Part shown: positions 7,490-11,752 of the stretch, one piece after another | Position numbering within the stretch: the stretch's first letter is position 1 | Layout: every line of letters starts with the position of its first letter | Translations under genes and position numbers: made by a program | Source of the DNA: an uncultured Actinomycetes bacterium | Lineage (GTDB): Bacteria > Actinomycetota > Thermoleophilia > UBA2241 | Direction of reading: 5' to 3' | DNA length: 11,752 nucleotides | NCBI GenBank assembly: GCA_963725665.1 | Contig: CAVRZA010000005.1 | Span: 1-11,752 of the forward strand | Notes under the pieces: model-generated | Databases searched by the model: none | What the model was told of the DNA's origin: nothing | The model's input: only the letters and a program-made list of their open reading frames with translations

Positions 7490-8197
7490 CTAGAAGCGGG
7501 GCTTCGGGCCGCGACCGCCTTCAAGGCGTTGCTGGACCTTGTCGGAGAGCAGCTCGCGCAGCGCGTTGCTGGCGATCCAGCGCGCGCTGCGCGAGCCCTG
7601 AGCCCTGACGCGCTCGGCCGTCGCGATGGCCGCCCGGTTGAGGGCCCGGTCGCGCTTGCCTATCTGGCGCAGGGCCCAGTTGACCGCCTTCTTCACGTAC
7701 TGGCGCTCATCGCCTGCCTCGCGCTCGACCAGCGGCAGAAAGGCGAGGAAGGCCGCGTCGTCGGCCGCCTTGTCGTGCACCGACAGCGCCGCCATGAGGG
7801 CGAAGCCGGCCCGCTTGACGAACTCCTCGTCGCGGCCGGCCCACTCGGCAGCCTTGGCGTACGCAGCGGAGGTGCGGTCGAAGAGGTTCGAGCACACCTG
7901 GTCGCAGAGGTCCCAGGAGTCGAAGGCCGACACCCACGCCTCGAGCTGCTCGCCGCCCACCTGTGCGGGATCGTCGACCATGGCGGCCAGAATGCGCGCC
8001 TCGTGGTTGCCGGTCTCCCAGAGAAGCAGCGCGAGCTCGTGGTCGATGCCGAGCCGCTTGGCGATGGTGCGCAGCTCAACGACGGAGACGCCGAAGGCTT
8101 GCGAGACGTTGATGCCGTAGCGCGCCATGCCGGCGCGGTTCTCGGGACTTCCGAGGGTGGCCAGCTGGTTCATGACGGTGTGCAGACGCTCGTCCAC
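7490..8197 (-). CDS. alkD: AlkD-like HEAT-repeat DNA alkylation repair protein / DNA glycosylase (235 aa)
   Basis: Motifs FGVSVVELRTIAK, LWETGNHEARILA, FDSWDLCD, EEFVKRAG and YVKKAVNWALRQIGKR include the Trp/Asp/Arg/Trp residues typical of AlkD. I moved the start from 8308 to the in-frame GTG at 8197, because GGGGGTG precedes it and the extra 37 aa are low-complexity and overlap an inverted repeat. Confidence 0.87.
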   Translation of the reverse strand: MDERLHTVMNQLATLGSPENRAGMARYGINVSQAFGVSVVELRTIAKRLGIDHELALLLWETGNHEARILAAMVDDPAQVGGEQLEAWVSAFDSWDLCDQVCSNLFDRTSAAYAKAAEWAGRDEEFVKRAGFALMAALSVHDKAADDAAFLAFLPLVEREAGDERQYVKKAVNWALRQIGKRDRALNRAAIATAERVRAQGSRSARWIASNALRELLSDKVQQRLEGGRGPKPRF

Positions 8198-8216
8198 GCG
8201 CGGGCACCCCCGGGGT

Positions 8217-8287
8217 CGGGCGGGCGCGGGCTGCCGTGCGATCGCGGCGGCCAGCGGGCGCATCATACGGCAGCCCGCGCCCGCCCG
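8217..8287. repeat. Perfect 21-bp inverted repeat with a 29-nt spacer
   Basis: CGGGCGGGCGCGGGCTGCCGT (8217-8237) is the exact reverse complement of ACGGCAGCCCGCGCCCGCCCG (8267-8287). Confidence 0.92.
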
Positions 8288-8290
8288 CCA
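8262..8290 (-). promoter_or_regulatory. Candidate promoter of the alkD-like gene
   Basis: The minus strand has TATGAT at 8267-8262 (a good -10 box in GC-rich DNA). The hexamer 17 nt upstream, TGGCGG (8290-8285), is a poor -35. Confidence 0.4.
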
Positions 8291-8359
8291 CACAGGCACG
8301 CGACACACCGGCTGTGGGCCACCCGTACTGCCGCTACGTGCGCAGCAGCGCAGTCACAG

Positions 8360-8389
8360 TTGACGCCATAAATTCAACGTCTGTAGAAT
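8360..8389 (+). promoter_or_regulatory. Sigma-70/SigA-type promoter of the ABC-TetR operon
   Basis: TTGACG (8360-8365), 18 nt, TAGAAT (8384-8389), in a conspicuously AT-rich patch. Confidence 0.75.
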
Positions 8390-8391
8390 TT
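8370..8391. promoter_or_regulatory. Palindromic operator, probably bound by the TetR encoded at 11346
   Basis: AAATTCAAC-GTCT-GTAGAATTT has half-sites AAATTCAAC and AAATTCTAC (8/9 symmetric). It overlaps the spacer and the -10 box. Confidence 0.72.
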
Positions 8392-8443
8392 TGTCAGACC
8401 GAAGCGCGTGACCGTCGCCATCGTGCACCTCGGGGGTGGGCCG

Positions 8444-9574
8444 ATGTGGGCCATCGTGGTCAAGGAGTTCAGGGAGCTGCGCCGCGACCGGCGCACGCTG
8501 GCGATGATGCTCGCCGTCCCGTTCCTCTTCCTGGTGGTGTTCGGCTACGCCGCGAGCTTCGACGTGAAGCACGTGCGCGTGGCGGTGTCGGACACGCCCG
8601 AGATCCGCTTGGCGGCCCAGGGGCTGCCGGCGCTCTTCGACGTCACCGAGCACCTGCCGCCGGGCAGGCAGCCCGCCGTCGAGGCGCTTCGTGACGGACG
8701 GGCGGCAGCCGCGCTGTGGGTCGACGGTCAGGGCAAGGGAGGGATCCTCGTCGACGGCGAGGAGCTCTTCTCGGCGCAGGCGGTGTTGCGGCAACTGCAG
8801 GCTTTGCAGACACAGGCCTCGCAGACTCCATCACAGCAGGACGCCCCCTCACTGGCGAGCTCCCACGTCGAGATCCTTTTCAATCCCGAGCTGCGCACGG
8901 CGCCGGTCATGGTGCCGGCCATCACGGGGCTCATCCTCGTCTTCGTCGGCACCCTCGCCACCGCACTGGGCGTGGTCCGCGAGCGTCAGTCCGGCACGAT
9001 GGAGCAGCTCGCCGTCATGCCGTTCCGACCACGCGACGTGTTCGTCGGCAAGATCGCGCCCTACCTGCTCGTGGCGGCGATCGACATGGTCCTCGTCGTG
9101 CTCGCCGGCGTCTGGCTGTTCCACGTGCCGTTCGCGGGGTCGGTGCTCGTCTTCGCCCTCGGCGCCGGCCTCTTCTTGTTCGTCACCCTGGGCGCCGGCG
9201 TGCTCATCTCGACCGTGTCGCAGACCCAAGGTCAGGCGATGCAGCTCGGCATGATGACGATCGTCCCGCAGATCCTGCTCTCAGGTTTCGCCTTCCCCGT
9301 GTACTCGATGGCGGCCGGTGTCCGCTGGCTGGCCTACGTGCTGCCGCTGACCTATTTCATCCGCATCGCGCGCGGCGTCTGGGTCAAAGGCACGCCGCTC
9401 GACGCTCTCTGGTTCCCGCTGCTGATGCTGGCCGTCCTCGGTGCGGCCGTCTTCGGCCTCTCGCTGCTGCGCTTCCGCCGTGATCTCGCTCCGGCGCGCC
9501 ACGGTAGGCGACGCACCCAGCGACGGGGGACCGCAAGCGACGACACGCCGCCCTCGGCCAAGCTGACGGCGTGA
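8444..9574 (+). CDS. ABC-2 type exporter permease (YbhS/YbhR-like), 376 aa
   Basis: The start MWAIVVKEFRELRRDRRTL is the typical ABC-2 N-terminus; ATG 8444 follows GGGGGTG (8432-8438) and is preferred over GTG 8408. Other motifs: FGYA, FNPEL, VVRERQSGTMEQLAVMP, GKIAPY, LLSGFAFP, PLTYF. About 6 TM helices. Confidence 0.93.
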   Translation: MWAIVVKEFRELRRDRRTLAMMLAVPFLFLVVFGYAASFDVKHVRVAVSDTPEIRLAAQGLPALFDVTEHLPPGRQPAVEALRDGRAAAALWVDGQGKGGILVDGEELFSAQAVLRQLQALQTQASQTPSQQDAPSLASSHVEILFNPELRTAPVMVPAITGLILVFVGTLATALGVVRERQSGTMEQLAVMPFRPRDVFVGKIAPYLLVAAIDMVLVVLAGVWLFHVPFAGSVLVFALGAGLFLFVTLGAGVLISTVSQTQGQAMQLGMMTIVPQILLSGFAFPVYSMAAGVRWLAYVLPLTYFIRIARGVWVKGTPLDALWFPLLMLAVLGAAVFGLSLLRFRRDLAPARHGRRRTQRRGTASDDTPPSAKLTA

Positions 9575-11349
9575 CCCGAGGCGTCATGGGGAGAGAAGAC
9601 CCGACAGCGCCATGGGGCGTCGGCGGGCTGTCCGTCAACTACGGCGGCACCCTCGCCCTGAGCGGCGTCGACCTCGACGTACTCCCCGGCGCCGTGACCG
9701 CCGTCATCGGCGGCGACGGCGCCGGCAAGACCTCTCTGCTGCGCGCGCTCAGCGGCGTGGTCGCCCCGAGCGCGGGCTGGGTGCGACGACCCCCCAAGGA
9801 GGCCGTCGGCTACGTCGCCGGCGACAGGGGCGTGTACCGCGACCTCACCGTCGACGAGAACCTGGCGTTCTTCGCCGCGGCCTACGGGGTGGAGGCCGCT
9901 GCGCTCGAGCAGCGCGCCCGCGCGCTGCTCGAGCGCAGCGGCCTCGCCGGCACGGGTGACCGCCTCGCCGGCGATCTGTCGGGCGGGATGCGGCAGAAGC
10001 TGGCCCTGCTCGCGGCGCTTGTCCACGAGCCCGAGCTGCTCGTCCTCGACGAGCCCACAACGGGCGTCGATCCCGTGAGCAGGGCCGATCTGTGGCGGCT
10101 CATGGCCGGCGCCGCGGCCCGCGGCGTGGGCGTCGTCTTTGCCACGACCTACCTCGACGAAGCCGAGCGGGCGGCCTTCGTGCTCGTCCTCCACGAAGGC
10201 CGCCCGCTCGCCGCCGGGAGCCCCGACGAGCTCATCGCCGCGATCGACTCGCCGATCGTTGCGCGCGCGAGCCGCCCGGCGCCCCCCGCCCTCGCCTGGC
10301 GGCGTGGGCGTGAGTGGCACGTCTGCCCACGGGGACCCGATCCGGTGGACGGCTCCGTCGTCGCCCCCGACCTCGAGGACGCTGTCGTCGTCAAAGCGCT
10401 TGCGCTGGAGACACCGCAGCCCTCTAGAGTCCCAGCCAGATCGCCGAGTGCGCGGTTGCCCTCGCCGGCGCCCACTCTTGCTCACGCGCAGCGCGTGAGC
10501 CGCCGCTTCGGCGCCCTGTTGGCGGTCGACGACGTCGACCTGACCATCGCCGGCGGCGAGGTCGTCGGTCTGCTGGGCGCCAACGGCGCCGGTAAGACCA
10601 CCCTCATCCGGCTCCTGCTCGGGCTCCTCGCCGCGACAGCCGGCGATGCCCTCCTCTTCGGCCACCCCCCGTCGCGTGAGACGCGCGGGCTCGTCGGCTA
10701 CGTCCCACAGGGTCTCGGCCTCTACGACGACCTCACCGTGGCCGAGAACCTCGCCTTCTACGCCGGCGCCTTCGGCGCCGCGACCGCCGCCGAGCCGGCT
10801 ACAGGACTCGACGCGGAGCTGGCGGTCGCCCGTCACACCCTCGTCAGCGACCTCCCGCTCGGGCTGCGACGCAGGACGGCGTTTGCCGCCGCGCTTGCCC
10901 ACGAGCCCGACCTCCTCGTACTCGACGAGCCCACCTCGGGGGTCGATCCCCTCGCTCGCACACGCCTGTGGGACACCATCCGCTCCACAAGCGAGCGCGG
11001 CGCAGGCGTGCTCGTCACCACGCACCACCTCGACGAGGCGGCCAACTGCGATCGGCTGGTGGTGATGGCCGCCGGCCGGGTGGTGGCGGCAGGAACGAGC
11101 GCCGAGATAGTCGGCGGGCGCCGGGCCGTCAGGGTGCGGACGGGAAACTGGGAGGAAGCATTCGCCGTTCTAGACGACGCCGGCGTGCGCGTCGCGCTCG
11201 AGGGGCGCTCGCTACGGATACCCGGCACCGACCCAGCGTACGTCGAGGACATCCTCGCGTCCGGCGGCGTGCAGGCCGAGCTGACGGTCGTGCCGGCAAG
11301 CCTCGAGGAGGCCTTCGTCGCCCTTACGGCCGAGGGATCGGCCCGATGA
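9571..11349 (+). CDS. ABC transporter ATP-binding protein with two NBDs (YbhF-like)
   Basis: NBD1: GGDGAGKT, LSGGMRQK, LLVLDEPTTGVDP, ATTYLDEA. NBD2: GANGAGKT, LPLGLRRR, LLVLDEPTSGVDP, TTHHLDEA. The GTG start overlaps the permease stop (GTGA); ATG at 9586 is an alternative start. Confidence 0.93.
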   Translation: MTRGVMGREDPTAPWGVGGLSVNYGGTLALSGVDLDVLPGAVTAVIGGDGAGKTSLLRALSGVVAPSAGWVRRPPKEAVGYVAGDRGVYRDLTVDENLAFFAAAYGVEAAALEQRARALLERSGLAGTGDRLAGDLSGGMRQKLALLAALVHEPELLVLDEPTTGVDPVSRADLWRLMAGAAARGVGVVFATTYLDEAERAAFVLVLHEGRPLAAGSPDELIAAIDSPIVARASRPAPPALAWRRGREWHVCPRGPDPVDGSVVAPDLEDAVVVKALALETPQPSRVPARSPSARLPSPAPTLAHAQRVSRRFGALLAVDDVDLTIAGGEVVGLLGANGAGKTTLIRLLLGLLAATAGDALLFGHPPSRETRGLVGYVPQGLGLYDDLTVAENLAFYAGAFGAATAAEPATGLDAELAVARHTLVSDLPLGLRRRTAFAAALAHEPDLLVLDEPTSGVDPLARTRLWDTIRSTSERGAGVLVTTHHLDEAANCDRLVVMAAGRVVAAGTSAEIVGGRRAVRVRTGNWEEAFAVLDDAGVRVALEGRSLRIPGTDPAYVEDILASGGVQAELTVVPASLEEAFVALTAEGSAR

Positions 11350-11752
11350 GCCAGCGAGGCAGACGGCGAGGCGCGAGTACGACCAGGGTGGCGATCCTCA
11401 CGGCCGCCCGCGAGCTGTTCGGCGACCGTGGTTACGATCGCGCCACCCTGCGCGCCATCGCAGCTCGAGCTGGGGTCGACCACGCGCTGCTGGCGCACTA
11501 CTTCGGACGCAAGGAGGAGCTGTTCGCGGCCGCCATGAGACTGCCCGTCTCGCCGTCGCAGGTCCTGCCGGCCGCCCGCTCACTGCCCGCCGGCCGCGTG
11601 GGTGAAGAGGTCGTGCGCCGCTTCCTTGCCGCATGGGACGACCCGACACAGCGGCCGGTTCTGGTAGGGCTCCTGCGCACCGGCCTGACCGACGAGCGCG
11701 GCGCGGCGATGGTGCGGCGCCTGGTGATGCGCGAGGCGCTCGAACCCGCCGC
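11346..11752 (+). CDS. TetR/AcrR-family transcriptional regulator (actinobacterial TetR_C_16-like C-terminus); 3'-partial
   Basis: Not in the ORF track. ATG 11346 overlaps the ATPase stop (ATGA). Manual translation: MSQRGRRRGASTTRVAILTAARELFGDRGYDRATLRAIAARAGVDHALLAHYFGRKEELFAAAMRLPVSP..GEEVVRRFLAAWDDP..LVGLLRTGLTDERGAAMVRR. This is a classic TetR HTH, and the frame is open to the window end. Confidence 0.93.
   Translation, partial: MSQRGRRRGASTTRVAILTAARELFGDRGYDRATLRAIAARAGVDHALLAHYFGRKEELFAAAMRLPVSPSQVLPAARSLPAGRVGEEVVRRFLAAWDDPTQRPVLVGLLRTGLTDERGAAMVRRLVMREALEPA

Noticed and set aside
8198-8308. N-terminal extension of AlkD given by the ORF track
   Set aside because: It is low-complexity, lacks an RBS, and overlaps the inverted repeat and -10 box. 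The family-like sequence begins near GTG 8197.
8391-8413. TTGTCAG upstream of the ABC permease as a PafBC element
   Set aside because: No TANNNT follows at 10 nt (the sequence is GTGACC), and it lies downstream of a better canonical promoter.
7202-11028. Shadow ORFs 7202-8371 (+) and 9352-11028 (-)
   Set aside because: They are antisense to alkD and to the ABC ATPase, have no recognisable domains, and are explained by codon bias.

Overview
High-GC bacterial chromosomal window, probably Actinomycetota (inferred from the PafBC-type regulator and TetR subtype). It contains nine CDS. On the + strand: a 5'-truncated single-chain PafB-PafC-like double-WYL regulator, a 70-aa membrane protein, a LarA-superfamily (nickel-pincer) racemase/epimerase and an M50 site-2 protease with CBS domains. 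On the - strand: a membrane-anchored 3xGAF-PP2C (SpoIIE/RsbU-like) phosphatase and an AlkD-like DNA alkylation repair protein. Divergent from these is an ABC-2 permease / YbhF-like double ATPase / TetR operon; the TetR is 3'-truncated and missing from the ORF track. Non-coding signals read from the sequence are two sigma-70-type promoters, a palindromic operator over the ABC promoter, a perfect 21-bp inverted repeat upstream of alkD, a possible SigB/SigF-type promoter and a structured leader for the phosphatase. I saw no mobile element, CRISPR array, tRNA or rRNA. All large genes belong to known families, and I cannot show that they form one new system. The best leads are the fused PafBC with a degenerate second WYL motif in a non-canonical context, the LarA homolog with a remodelled substrate pocket, and the 21-bp inverted repeat.
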